Assembly: GCA_003484955.1 (NCBI GenBank)
Contig: DMZH01000002.1
Location: forward strand, 78,825-142,824
DNA: 64,000 nt
From: Candidatus Woesebacteria bacterium
GTDB lineage: Bacteria; Patescibacteriota; Microgenomatia; UBA8517
Direction: 5' to 3'
Shown: piece after piece, positions 39,089 through 48,397 of the stretch
Position numbering within the stretch: the stretch's first letter is position 1
Layout: each line of letters opens with the position of its first letter
Notes under the pieces: model-generated
What the model was told of the DNA's origin: nothing
Database searches by the model: none
What the model saw: only the letters and a program-made list of their open reading frames with translations
Translations under genes and position numbers: made by a program

Positions 39089-40122
39089 ATGTTTTGGGAA
39101 ATGTAGCTTTTAATATCCGTAAAATTAAACATTCCGGCTTTGGGTATCAAAATATATTGTCCGTCGTTGCTTTTGTTTTCATTTAAAACGTTATCCGTTG
39201 TTAATTGAACTTCTGTTTTTGAGTAAATGGCCGGGTCTCCAAATATTTCAATTAAACTTTTAATTTTTCCCAAGCTCAGATCGGTTTTGATCATGTTTGA
39301 TAAAGCATCGATTGTCGAATCAAGTTTTCCCACAGACTTGAGAGATATTAGTTTTTTGGCGATGCCGGCTATTACTGCAAATTGCCGTTTGCTTCTGCCG
39401 AAATCGCTGTCACCGTGGCGCGAGCGGACGAATTTTAGAGCCTCGCTCCCTGTAAGAACCACCGGGCCCTGATTGTAGCTAATTTTTTCATAGCGGCATG
39501 TAAATTGTTTTTCCAGCTCAAACCCGGAATATTTTGCTTTAAATTCATTGATTTCGTTTTCGGTAAAGCCGCAAGTCTCATTTTCAAGACCGGGAATTGG
39601 ATAGAAGGAGTCTGTAAATGCATTTGGGACTTCGACACTAATACCTCCGAGGTTGTCGATAATTTTGGAGTAATTCGTAAAATCCACAGAAATAAAGTTC
39701 TCGATTGGAAGGCCGGTTATCACTTGAAGCGCGGGCCCGACGCTTTGAAAGCCGTTTACCGAAGCCTCGGCGTTTATCTTGCGGTTTGCCTGTGTCCATA
39801 AATCCCTGGGTATGGAGATGAGCGCGTATTTTTTTGTGTTGGTATCGATGTGAAAGACAATTAAACTGTCGGTAAGGCCTCCTCCTGAATGGCCACTGCC
39901 GCCGTAGCCAAGGAGAAGAATATTAAAAACTCCTTTAGTGGCATCAATTGGCTCCGGGGCCGCGTTCGTATAGAAATTGGCAGCCGGACTTAAATCCTTT
40001 TTAACGAATACATTGGATATTTTTAAACTAAGATAAGTAATACCGAAGACCAGAAAAAAAACCGCAACCAGGGCGGCGGCAAAGAGGATGCCATCTTTTG
40101 ATAATTTAATTTTTGGCAGCAT
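39085..40122 (-). CDS. LytR-CpsA-Psr (LCP) family glycopolymer-PG ligase
   Basis: N-terminal transmembrane helix (MLPKIKLSKDGILFAAALVAVFF) and the LCP core NILLLGYGGSGHSGGGLTDSLIVFHID...ISIPRDLW. Confidence 0.8.
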   Translation of the reverse strand: MLPKIKLSKDGILFAAALVAVFFLVFGITYLSLKISNVFVKKDLSPAANFYTNAAPEPIDATKGVFNILLLGYGGSGHSGGGLTDSLIVFHIDTNTKKYALISIPRDLWTQANRKINAEASVNGFQSVGPALQVITGLPIENFISVDFTNYSKIIDNLGGISVEVPNAFTDSFYPIPGLENETCGFTENEINEFKAKYSGFELEKQFTCRYEKISYNQGPVVLTGSEALKFVRSRHGDSDFGRSKRQFAVIAGIAKKLISLKSVGKLDSTIDALSNMIKTDLSLGKIKSLIEIFGDPAIYSKTEVQLTTDNVLNENKSNDGQYILIPKAGMFNFTDIKSYISQNI

Positions 40123-40159
40123 ATTGATACCAATTATACATATGTGATAGTCTAAAAGA

Positions 40160-40633
40160 ATGAGTAAACCGCTCAAGTTATTCGCTTCTATCCTAGTATG
40201 TTTTCTGGCTGCCGGACTTGGAGCTATATTTACCGTTTCTGCAATTCCGACTTGGTACGCGGGCCTTAATAAACCATTTTTCAGTCCACCCAACTGGCTT
40301 TTTGGTCCTGCCTGGACAATCCTTTATTTATTAATGGGAATTGCACTTTTCCTTGTTTGGCAGAAAGGGACGAAGGATAAAAAAATACGGGAAGCTATAA
40401 AACTTTTTGCAATTCAACTTGCTCTGAACGCTTCCTGGTCGCCTATATTTTTTGGAGCAAAAAATCTTTTTCTGGCTTTGATAGTAATTATTTTTATGTG
40501 GATTTTTATATTAAAAACAATTTTGGCTTTCGCGAAAATCAATAAAACCGCCAGTTATCTGCTTTATCCATATATTGCTTGGGTAAGTTTCGCTTCCGTA
40601 TTAAATTTCTCCGTTTGGTTTTTGAACCGTTAG
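40160..40633 (+). CDS. tspO: TspO/MBR family (tryptophan-rich sensory protein)
   Basis: 157 aa with 5 transmembrane helices. WYAGLNKPFFSPPNWLFGPAWTILY is the typical TspO signature. Confidence 0.7.
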   Translation: MSKPLKLFASILVCFLAAGLGAIFTVSAIPTWYAGLNKPFFSPPNWLFGPAWTILYLLMGIALFLVWQKGTKDKKIREAIKLFAIQLALNASWSPIFFGAKNLFLALIVIIFMWIFILKTILAFAKINKTASYLLYPYIAWVSFASVLNFSVWFLNR

Positions 40634-40676
40634 ATAATATAATTCTTGTTATATGGACGCGAAGGCTTCGTCGGTG

Positions 40677-41954
40677 ATGGAAAAGATTACTTCTTTGGCA
40701 AAACGCCGCGGCTTTATCTTTCAGGGTAGTGAAATTTACGGTGGATACCAGGGATTTTGGGATTATGGACCGGCCGGGGTTGAGATGAAAAATAACATCA
40801 AGAAAGAATGGTGGAAATATACGGTTTATGACAGGGAAGATGTGGTCGGAATTGATGCGGCTATCATTATGAACCCCACAGTCTGGGAAAAATCCGGACA
40901 CCTTAAAGCTTTTACCGACCCACTTGTCGAGTGCAAGGTTTGCCACAAAAGAGTCAGGGCGGACAATGAGGAAGCCGTTGCCGATCACGAAAAAACACAC
41001 AAAGATAAAAAAGATATTTGGACAGAGCCAAAAACCTTTAACTTAATGACCGAAGTCCTTCTCGGAACCACGGAGCCTAAAGAAAAATCATATCTCAGAG
41101 GAGAGATCACACAAGGAGCCTTTGTTGATTTCAGGAATGTAGTTGACTCTACCCGAGTCAGGATTCCTTTTGGAATCGCTCAAATAGGAAAGGCTTTCAG
41201 AAATGAAATTACTCCGGGCAATTTAACTTTCCGCTCCCGCGAGTTTGAGCAGATGGAGCTTGAATATTTTGTAAAGCCGGATGAGGAGGACAGTAAAAAA
41301 ATCTTTGAATACTGGAAAGAAAAGAGAAAAAGATGGTATGAGGATTTGGGAATTGATCCTAAAAAATTAAGGTTCCACGATCACGAACCCGAAAAGAGGG
41401 CTCACTATGCCAAATATGCCACCGATTTGGAATATGAAGCACCTTTCGGCTGGAGCGAGTTTGAAGGAATCCACCACAGGGGAGACTTTGATTTAGGCAA
41501 TCACAATCTTTCCTATAGAGACAATCTGACCGGAGAAGAGTACACGCCTTGGGTAATCGAAACTTCGGGCGGGGTGGACCGGGCAATGCTTTTCTTCCTT
41601 ATTGATGCATACCGTGAGGATGGAGAAAGAATTTACCTTAAGCTCAATCCCAAAATTGCTCCCTACAAAGTTGCCGTTTTCCCTCTTTTGGCCAATAAAC
41701 CTGAACTTCTGGCTAAAGCCAAAGAAATATACAAAAATCTTAAGCAAAAATTAAACGTTGTTTGGGACGACAGGGGAAACATCGGCAAGCGCTATTTTGC
41801 ACAGGATGAGATAGGGACTCCGTGGTGTGTAACGGTTGATTTTGAGTCCTTAAATGATGCTACAGTGACCGTACGCGATAGGGACAGCGCCAAGCAGGAA
41901 AGAATTGCCATTGACAATTTGACAGAATATTTTCAAAATAAGTTAGCAGCATGA
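40677..41954 (+). CDS. glyQS: glycine--tRNA ligase (homodimeric glyQS type)
   Basis: ITSLAKRRGFIFQGSEIYGGYQGFWDYGPAG N-terminus, class II synthetase motifs and a C-terminal anticodon-binding domain. The start is likely the second Met. Confidence 0.85.
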   Translation: MEKITSLAKRRGFIFQGSEIYGGYQGFWDYGPAGVEMKNNIKKEWWKYTVYDREDVVGIDAAIIMNPTVWEKSGHLKAFTDPLVECKVCHKRVRADNEEAVADHEKTHKDKKDIWTEPKTFNLMTEVLLGTTEPKEKSYLRGEITQGAFVDFRNVVDSTRVRIPFGIAQIGKAFRNEITPGNLTFRSREFEQMELEYFVKPDEEDSKKIFEYWKEKRKRWYEDLGIDPKKLRFHDHEPEKRAHYAKYATDLEYEAPFGWSEFEGIHHRGDFDLGNHNLSYRDNLTGEEYTPWVIETSGGVDRAMLFFLIDAYREDGERIYLKLNPKIAPYKVAVFPLLANKPELLAKAKEIYKNLKQKLNVVWDDRGNIGKRYFAQDEIGTPWCVTVDFESLNDATVTVRDRDSAKQERIAIDNLTEYFQNKLAA

Positions 41955-42616
41955 AAAAAACTTTACCGATAATTGTCGGAGCCCTGGTTTTAGTGGTTCT
42001 TGTAGTTGGATTTGTTATCAAAGGTAAAAACAAAGCTTCAAATACTTCCGAAAATGATGACATCTCAAATGTTCCCGTTCTTTCCGAGTCCGAGTGGCCA
42101 GCCATTAGCCTTACTCCAACCAACAAGTCCGGAATTTCAGGATCCGACGGACACTGGCTGAATTTTAAAGTTGAAAAAATCAACGTTTCCGGAGCGGCCT
42201 CGATGGACTACCTGATGGTCTATAGCACCAGCGATGGAGGCCAACAGGGCGTGCCGGGGACCGTTAAACTAACAGATACCAGTATAGAAAGGATGCTCCT
42301 TTTGGGCTCGGAGTCATCCGGAAAATTCAGGTATGATGCGGGAGTTGAGCAGGGCACGATGACTATTACTTTCAGGGACGGGAATGGAAAAATGATAGGA
42401 AAGCTGACCACGGATTTTCATCTCCAATCAGGTGTCACGGAACTAACCTCTGTTGACGGGATTTTTAAGTATACCCTGGATAAAATTGCCAAAAATGTTT
42501 ACTTTGTAACAATGAAAACATATAAGGAACCCTCCGTAGCCCCAGTTGTTTGGCAGAACGGCTATGGAGTTTTTGCTTCAGATGGTCTTGCCCACACAGG
42601 GGAACTTGGTCAGTAA
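41951..42616 (+). CDS. hypothetical exported protein
   Basis: N-terminal transmembrane/signal segment, then a soluble domain. Confidence 0.35.
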   Translation: MKKTLPIIVGALVLVVLVVGFVIKGKNKASNTSENDDISNVPVLSESEWPAISLTPTNKSGISGSDGHWLNFKVEKINVSGAASMDYLMVYSTSDGGQQGVPGTVKLTDTSIERMLLLGSESSGKFRYDAGVEQGTMTITFRDGNGKMIGKLTTDFHLQSGVTELTSVDGIFKYTLDKIAKNVYFVTMKTYKEPSVAPVVWQNGYGVFASDGLAHTGELGQ

Positions 42617-42671
42617 TCTTCATTCAAATATTCCGGTAATAACCATATAAAGATCTTCCGTGAAGCGGGTC

Positions 42672-42700
42672 TTGACAGCACCGTGAAAATAATATTAAAT
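42672..42700 (+). promoter_or_regulatory. sigma70-like promoter upstream of mraZ (TTGACA -35 with AT-rich -10 candidates)
   Basis: TTGACA at 42672-42677. TATTAA/TTAAAT hexamers lie 15-17 nt downstream. This is the only long intergenic region before the dcw operon. Confidence 0.5.
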
Positions 42701-42723
42701 GGTTGTTAATGGTGAGAAATGGT
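42698..42723 (+). promoter_or_regulatory. three direct AATGGT repeats at exact 10-bp spacing: putative MraZ operator
   Basis: AATGGTtgttAATGGTgagaAATGGT at 42698, 42708 and 42718, between the promoter and the mraZ start. Confidence 0.5.
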
Positions 42724-42762
42724 AATTACTGTTTCTAACCACATCTGCCCAGATGAAAAGAA

Positions 42763-43200
42763 ATGTTTTTAGGTACATATTTGGTGAGCGTGACTTCGGG
42801 GAAAAGAATCTCCATTCCTTCTGTCTTTCGGGAAAATCTGGGAAAAGAATTGATTTTGTCGCAGTGGTACGAAGAATGTCTGGTTCTTGTTGGTAAAAGC
42901 TCTTTAAATACACTTTTAGGGAGGGTTACGGGGGATCAAAGAACAATAATTGAGCCCATAAGAAAGACCGAACATTTCATTTTTGCGTCTTCTTATGAAG
43001 TTGTTCCCGATGATCAGGGCCGGATAGTAGTACCCGACAGGCTGGTGGCTTATGCAAATCTGAAAGATCAGGTTTACTTTTTGGGAGTTGGCGATCGGGT
43101 AGAAATTTGGAATAAAGAGATTTGGGAAGAGCGGGAAAAAGAAGTGGCCAAAGACGCAGCCAGTTATATTGAAGATCTGGCAAAAAGAAATGAAAAATGA
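42763..43200 (+). CDS. mraZ: transcriptional regulator MraZ
   Basis: MFLGTYLVSVTSGKRISIPSVFRE. Two-SpoVT/AbrB-like repeat architecture. About 145 aa. First gene of the dcw cluster. Confidence 0.85.
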   Translation: MFLGTYLVSVTSGKRISIPSVFRENLGKELILSQWYEECLVLVGKSSLNTLLGRVTGDQRTIIEPIRKTEHFIFASSYEVVPDDQGRIVVPDRLVAYANLKDQVYFLGVGDRVEIWNKEIWEEREKEVAKDAASYIEDLAKRNEK

Positions 43201-44068
43201 ATTTCACGAATCAGTATTAGTTAAAAAGGCTATAGAGGCCTTGCACATTGAAAAAGGTAGTAAATATATTGACGCAACACTCGGAAATGCGGGGCATACT
43301 TTGGAAATCTTGAATTTGGGAGGAATGGTTTTAGGAATAGAGATCGACCCCAAAATGCTTGAAATAGCCGAAGGAAGGCTGAAAACTGCTAATAAAAAGG
43401 ATTTCAAGCTAGTTGGAGGGAACTTTACCGAGATTGACAGAATTGCCAAAGAAAACGGCTGGTACCCTGTTGCCGGAATTCTTTTTGACCTTGGTGTAAC
43501 AAATTTACACTTGAAAGATCTCGAAAGAGGGTTTTCATTTGGTAATTCAGAGGCACCATTAGACATGAGAATGAATCCGGAAACTCAGGGAGTAAAGGGG
43601 TCCGATCTTTTAAATGTTTTGAGGGAGGATCAGCTGAGGGATCTTTTTGAGGCAACAATGGAGCCTGGAGCGGCGAAATGGATTTCGGGTCGGGTTATGC
43701 ATTCGAGAATGGATAAACCCATAGAAACGGTCGGAGACCTTTTGGAAATTTCCGAGGGACTTAAAGTTGGCAAGCCGGGATTAAATGAGGCAACTTTGCC
43801 GTTTTTAGCCGTCAGGATTGCGGTCAATAGCGAGTTGACCAATCTGGAAGAGGTTTTACCTAAGGCGTTTGACTTGATTGAAAAAGGCGGAAGGCTGGTT
43901 GTTATAAGTTTTCATTCAAAGGAGGACGTTTTGGTTAAGAACTTTTTTAAAGAAATGACAAAAGTGGGGGCAAAACAGATAACTTTTAAACCCATCATGG
44001 CTGAGGCTGATGAGATTGGAATTAATAGAAGAGCCAGGAGCGCAAAGATGCGGGTTTTAGAAAAATAG
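43190..44068 (+). CDS. rsmH: 16S rRNA (cytosine1402-N4)-methyltransferase RsmH (MraW)
   Basis: FHESVL (HxPVL-type), DATLGNAGHT and FHSKED motifs. Start is taken at the second Met. Confidence 0.85.
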   Translation: MKNEFHESVLVKKAIEALHIEKGSKYIDATLGNAGHTLEILNLGGMVLGIEIDPKMLEIAEGRLKTANKKDFKLVGGNFTEIDRIAKENGWYPVAGILFDLGVTNLHLKDLERGFSFGNSEAPLDMRMNPETQGVKGSDLLNVLREDQLRDLFEATMEPGAAKWISGRVMHSRMDKPIETVGDLLEISEGLKVGKPGLNEATLPFLAVRIAVNSELTNLEEVLPKAFDLIEKGGRLVVISFHSKEDVLVKNFFKEMTKVGAKQITFKPIMAEADEIGINRRARSAKMRVLEK

Positions 44069-44090
44069 TGTTTTTACAAAAATAAAAATT

Positions 44091-44417
44091 ATGATAAGAA
44101 GAAAAAATTTTAACAGTCACGACAAAGGAACGTCGGCTTGGAAAATGAAGAAATACATGTTACTTGCCGTAGGGGCGGTTTTGGCAATTTCATCCGTTTT
44201 TATGACTGTTGAAACAGCAACCTCGGGAGTGGAAGTTTCCAGCCTTAGGCAAAAACAAGGTGAACTTTCCATGGAAAAAAGAAATATGGAAAGCACTCTT
44301 GTTCGTTCACTTTCCATAAACGGTTTGGAAGAAAAAAGCGGTGAGATGGGTTATATAAAACCAAACATGATGGTATATGTTTCTCAGTCTCAGGAGGCTA
44401 TGGCTAAACTTCCATAG
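44091..44417 (+). CDS. ftsL: cell division protein FtsL-like (small bitopic membrane protein)
   Basis: 108 aa with a single transmembrane helix followed by a coiled-coil-like region. Canonical position between rsmH and ftsI. Confidence 0.55.
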   Translation: MIRRKNFNSHDKGTSAWKMKKYMLLAVGAVLAISSVFMTVETATSGVEVSSLRQKQGELSMEKRNMESTLVRSLSINGLEEKSGEMGYIKPNMMVYVSQSQEAMAKLP

Positions 44418-44419
44418 AT

Positions 44420-46129
44420 ATGCCTGTAAAAATTCGCTTACTTTCGGTCCTTTTTATAATACTTTTCCTGGCGTTGACGGCAAGACTTTTCTATTGGCAG
44501 GTTATTAAAGGCAGCACGCTTGCGGATCAGGCAAGAAATCAGCATAGCACCTCGACAGTGACCACTGCTCCCCGTGGAAATATTCTGGCTTCAGACGGGA
44601 CTCCTTGGGTTGCAAGGGCTCCTTCCTGGAATCTTTGGGTAAACCCTCATCTTTTGAACCTTTCAGCTCCGGAGGTATCAGGCAAACTTGCACCGCTTTT
44701 GATGGATGAAGAAGGGGATACTGATGCGCTTACAAACGAAAAAGAAAGACTCCGAATCCTTTTGGAAAAAGATTCGAATTGGGTTTCATTAAAGCAAAAA
44801 ATAGATGACAGCATCAAAATAAACATTGAGGCTTTGGATATTGAAGGGATTGGGTATGACGCTGCGGAAGCTTCGTTTTATCCCGAATCGTCCTCCGCGG
44901 CCCAGCTTTTGGGGTTTGTGGGAAAGGATAATGACGGAGCCGATATCGGCTACTTCGGATTGGAGGGGTATTACAACCTTCCTCTGAGCGGAAAACCGGG
45001 TTTTGTGGGCGGCGAAAAAGATGCAAAGGGTTCACCAATACTCCTTGGCGGCACTACACAGATCTCAGCAATTTCGGGAGTGGACCTTTTGACCAGTATT
45101 GACAAAAGAGTCCAGATTGTTGTCGAAGACGAGCTTGCAAAAGGAATTGAAAAATATGGAGCCGCCGGAGGCAGTATTACAATAATGGATCCTAAAAGCG
45201 GGAAAATTTTAGCAATGGCAAGCCTTCCTTCGTTCGATCCTGCTGATTATGGTTTATACAATGACTCTCTTTTTAAAAACCCCGTCATCAGCAACACTTT
45301 CGAACCGGGATCGATCTTAAAAGTTGTGGTAATGGCTGCCGGACTGGATGCGGGCGTGGTGGAGCCGGATACACCTTGTGATATTTGCAGCGGCCCCTTG
45401 AAGCTGGATAAGTATTTTATTAAAACCTGGAATGATAAATATACGGCAGATATATCCATGACAGATGTAATAGTGGAGTCGGATAACATCGGAATGTCTT
45501 TCGTTGGCCAAAAACTGGGGACAGATACCCTTTATGATTATTTTGTTAAATTCGGAATTGGACAAAAAACAGGCATAGATTTACAGGGTGAAGTAGCACC
45601 CAAACTGAGAGAAAAAGGAACCTGGAATGTGGTGGACCTGGCAACAGCCAGTTTTGGTCAGGGAGTAGCCGTTACCGGAATTGAAATAGTGAGGGCAGTA
45701 TCCGCCATAGCCAATGGCGGCTATCTTGTCACTCCGAGGGTTGTAACTGCCGTAAACGGAGACGGTTGGGAGGAAAAAATAGAGGCAGATCCTCCTGTCA
45801 GAATAATTAAACAGCAAGCCGCGAAAGAAATTACCCAGATGATGGTTGAAGCGGCTGAGCGCGGTGAGGCTAAATGGGTTAAAATCCCGGGCTTTAAGGT
45901 TGCCGGAAAAACGGGTACGGCCCAAATTCCGGTTGCGGGGCATTATGACGCAACAAACACAATTCATTCGTTTGTCGGTTTTGCTCCTGCCGGCAATCCT
46001 AAATTTGTAATGCTTGTTACGCTCAACTCCCCACAGAGTTCGCCCTGGGCCGCGGAAACCGCGGCTCCCCTTTGGTTTGCAATCGCAAAAGATCTTTTCC
46101 CATATTTTGGGATTCAGCCTGAGGGGTGA
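44420..46129 (+). CDS. ftsI: penicillin-binding protein 2 / FtsI (peptidoglycan D,D-transpeptidase)
   Basis: N-terminal transmembrane helix, RGNILASDGT dimerisation-domain motif, active-site S-x-x-K (GSILK) and KTGTA. Confidence 0.85.
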   Translation: MPVKIRLLSVLFIILFLALTARLFYWQVIKGSTLADQARNQHSTSTVTTAPRGNILASDGTPWVARAPSWNLWVNPHLLNLSAPEVSGKLAPLLMDEEGDTDALTNEKERLRILLEKDSNWVSLKQKIDDSIKINIEALDIEGIGYDAAEASFYPESSSAAQLLGFVGKDNDGADIGYFGLEGYYNLPLSGKPGFVGGEKDAKGSPILLGGTTQISAISGVDLLTSIDKRVQIVVEDELAKGIEKYGAAGGSITIMDPKSGKILAMASLPSFDPADYGLYNDSLFKNPVISNTFEPGSILKVVVMAAGLDAGVVEPDTPCDICSGPLKLDKYFIKTWNDKYTADISMTDVIVESDNIGMSFVGQKLGTDTLYDYFVKFGIGQKTGIDLQGEVAPKLREKGTWNVVDLATASFGQGVAVTGIEIVRAVSAIANGGYLVTPRVVTAVNGDGWEEKIEADPPVRIIKQQAAKEITQMMVEAAERGEAKWVKIPGFKVAGKTGTAQIPVAGHYDATNTIHSFVGFAPAGNPKFVMLVTLNSPQSSPWAAETAAPLWFAIAKDLFPYFGIQPEG

Positions 46130-46147
46130 TACAATACTTTTATTGTT

Positions 46148-47404
46148 ATGTCGAAATTTATAATAGTCGGCGGCAACAAGCTTGAGGGAAAAATTAAGCT
46201 TTCCGGTAATAAAAACTCGGCTTTGAAGTTAATTCCCGCCGCACTTCTTGCCGATTCCCCCACGACCTTAACTAATGTGCCTGAAATTTCCGATGTTTCC
46301 GTAATGCTTGACCTTGTTTCAAAGCTTGGGGTTAAGGTTACAAAACGCGACCATGAAGTGACAATTGATCCTCAAGGGTTAGATTCTTTTGATCCGGATC
46401 CTGATTTGTCCGCGAAATTTAGAGCCTCCGTCGTTTTAGCTGCGCCTCTTTTGGTTCGGTTTGGGAAGGCAGTTGTAACTCCTCCCGGGGGAGACCAGAT
46501 CGGGGAAAGACTTCTTGATACCCATTTTGCCATGATGCAAAAGATGGGAGTGGAAATTAAGCGCACTGACGGGAGATATTTTTTGAACTGGAAGAAAAAA
46601 GTGTCCCCTGACATTTTTTTGGATGAGCCGTCCGTTACGGCTACTGAAATGGGACTTATAATGGCATCCTCCATGCCTGACGGTATAACTATCGACGATG
46701 CCGCAACAGAACCGCATGTTCTGGATTTGGCAAAAATGCTTTCCAAAATGGGTGCGGACATTTCCGGAATAGGATCCAATGTCTTAAAAATCAGAGGGGG
46801 AAAACTGCACGGAGTTGAGCACAGAGTCTGTCCGGATCATATTGAGGGCGGCACTTTTGCAATAGCGGCAGCCATAACCGGCGGAAAAATAGAAATAGAA
46901 GACTTCGACTTCAGGCAGTACCCCATGATGTTAAATTACTTGGGCTATATGGGTGTGAATTATAAACCCGGAGAAAATTCCCTTACGGTACTGCCTTCCA
47001 AACTGGTTTCTACTCGTGGAAAGTTTCAGACAAGGCCCTGGCCAGGTTTTCCGACTGATTTAATGAGCCCTTTCATTGTTCTTGCAACGCAGACTAAAGG
47101 CACTGTTGTCTGCCACGACTGGATGTATGAATGGAGAATGTTTTTTGTGGACGATCTTATTTCGATGGGTGCGAAAATATTTATCGCTGACCCCCATAGG
47201 GTTATAGTCAGCGGCCCGACGCCACTTATGAGTGACAGGCTTTTTTGTAAAGACATAAGAGCCGGTATTTCGGTAATTTTAGCCGCTCTTGCGGCTTCGG
47301 GCAGAAGTGAAATAGAAAATGTAGAGGTTGTTGCCAGGGGGTATGAAAATATTGGACAAAGACTTCGTTCGCTAGGAGCGGAGATTTTTGAAAAGAATGA
47401 GTAA
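46148..47404 (+). CDS. murA: UDP-N-acetylglucosamine 1-carboxyvinyltransferase
   Basis: MSKFIIVGGNKLEGKIKLSGNKNSALKLIPAALLAD, the typical EPSP-synthase-fold MurA. Confidence 0.9.
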   Translation: MSKFIIVGGNKLEGKIKLSGNKNSALKLIPAALLADSPTTLTNVPEISDVSVMLDLVSKLGVKVTKRDHEVTIDPQGLDSFDPDPDLSAKFRASVVLAAPLLVRFGKAVVTPPGGDQIGERLLDTHFAMMQKMGVEIKRTDGRYFLNWKKKVSPDIFLDEPSVTATEMGLIMASSMPDGITIDDAATEPHVLDLAKMLSKMGADISGIGSNVLKIRGGKLHGVEHRVCPDHIEGGTFAIAAAITGGKIEIEDFDFRQYPMMLNYLGYMGVNYKPGENSLTVLPSKLVSTRGKFQTRPWPGFPTDLMSPFIVLATQTKGTVVCHDWMYEWRMFFVDDLISMGAKIFIADPHRVIVSGPTPLMSDRLFCKDIRAGISVILAALAASGRSEIENVEVVARGYENIGQRLRSLGAEIFEKNE

Positions 47405-48392
47405 AATTCCCAATATTGTCATTATTGGAGGAGGGACGGGTTCGTACGTTGTTGCTTCGGGATTAAGCCGCGCTCCTGTTCACATTACAATGTTGATGAC
47501 AATGGTGGATGATGGAGGTTCAAACCGAATAATCCGCGACGAATTCGGTCTACTTCCGACCTCAGGCATCAGACAGGCAATAGTTGCCCTGTCTGAAAAC
47601 AAAACCGTTTTGAGAAAATTGTTTACATACCGCTACAGCAAAGGAGGAGAGGGTTTGGACGGGATGACATTTGGGAATCTATTCATGGCTGCAATGGCTG
47701 ACATAATGGGTTCGCAAAAAAAAGGGATAGAAGAAACCTGCAGACTTTTACAGGTAAAAGGGGATATTATTCCGATTAGCTATGACAATGCCAGATTAAT
47801 GGCTAAATATGAAGACGGTTCCGAGGCCGTCGGCGAACACAATATAGATATATCCAGAAGTGCAGGAGTCAGAATTAAGAATCTGAAGATTTTACCGGCT
47901 GTGAAGTTAAATTCCAAGGCAAAAAAGGCAATTTTGGAAGCAGACATCATAATTATCGGACCGGGAGATTTTTATACCAATACAATTGCTAACCTGGTGG
48001 TTGACGATGTCGTAAATGCTTTAAAAAAATCCAAAGGAGAAATTTTGTTTATAGCCAATTTAATGAATTCACGCAGCGAAACTCCGGGATATGCGTTATC
48101 GGATTTTTTTGCCGACCTGAAAAAATATATGCCGCTTGGTCTGGTGAAAAAAGTCTTGGTTAACAACAACAATAATTTTCCAAAGCCCGCTCTTAAAGCT
48201 TATGCGCTTGAAAACACATTTCCTGTAAAAGATGATTTAAAGACTAAAATTTTTGGTAATGGAGTTAAAATAATCAGAACAGACCTCCTTTCCGATAAAA
48301 TTCCAAAGAAAGAAAAAGGGGATGCTCTCAACAGAAGTATGATACGCCATGATCCGGATAAACTTCGTGCGGCAATTTTGAATAGTTTTTAA
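47388..48392 (+). CDS. yvcK: YvcK/GlmR-family (UPF0052/CofD-like) gluconeogenesis factor
   Basis: IVIIGGGTGSYVVASGL...MVDDGGS signature. Confidence 0.8.
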   Translation: MKRMSKIPNIVIIGGGTGSYVVASGLSRAPVHITMLMTMVDDGGSNRIIRDEFGLLPTSGIRQAIVALSENKTVLRKLFTYRYSKGGEGLDGMTFGNLFMAAMADIMGSQKKGIEETCRLLQVKGDIIPISYDNARLMAKYEDGSEAVGEHNIDISRSAGVRIKNLKILPAVKLNSKAKKAILEADIIIIGPGDFYTNTIANLVVDDVVNALKKSKGEILFIANLMNSRSETPGYALSDFFADLKKYMPLGLVKKVLVNNNNNFPKPALKAYALENTFPVKDDLKTKIFGNGVKIIRTDLLSDKIPKKEKGDALNRSMIRHDPDKLRAAILNSF

Positions 48393-48397
48393 AAAAT

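Noticed and set aside
40634-40660. AT-rich imperfect inverted repeat after tspO as a terminator
   Set aside because: The stem is AT-only and imperfect with no following T-tract, so it is not convincing.
42617-42762. Checked the longest intergenic region for a tRNA or small RNA gene
   Set aside because: No cloverleaf-compatible stems or conserved tRNA boxes were seen. The region is better explained as the mraZ promoter and operator.
48393-48397. Possible glmS ribozyme upstream of glmS
   Set aside because: Only 5 bp separate the yvcK stop from the glmS start, so there is no room for a riboswitch or ribozyme.
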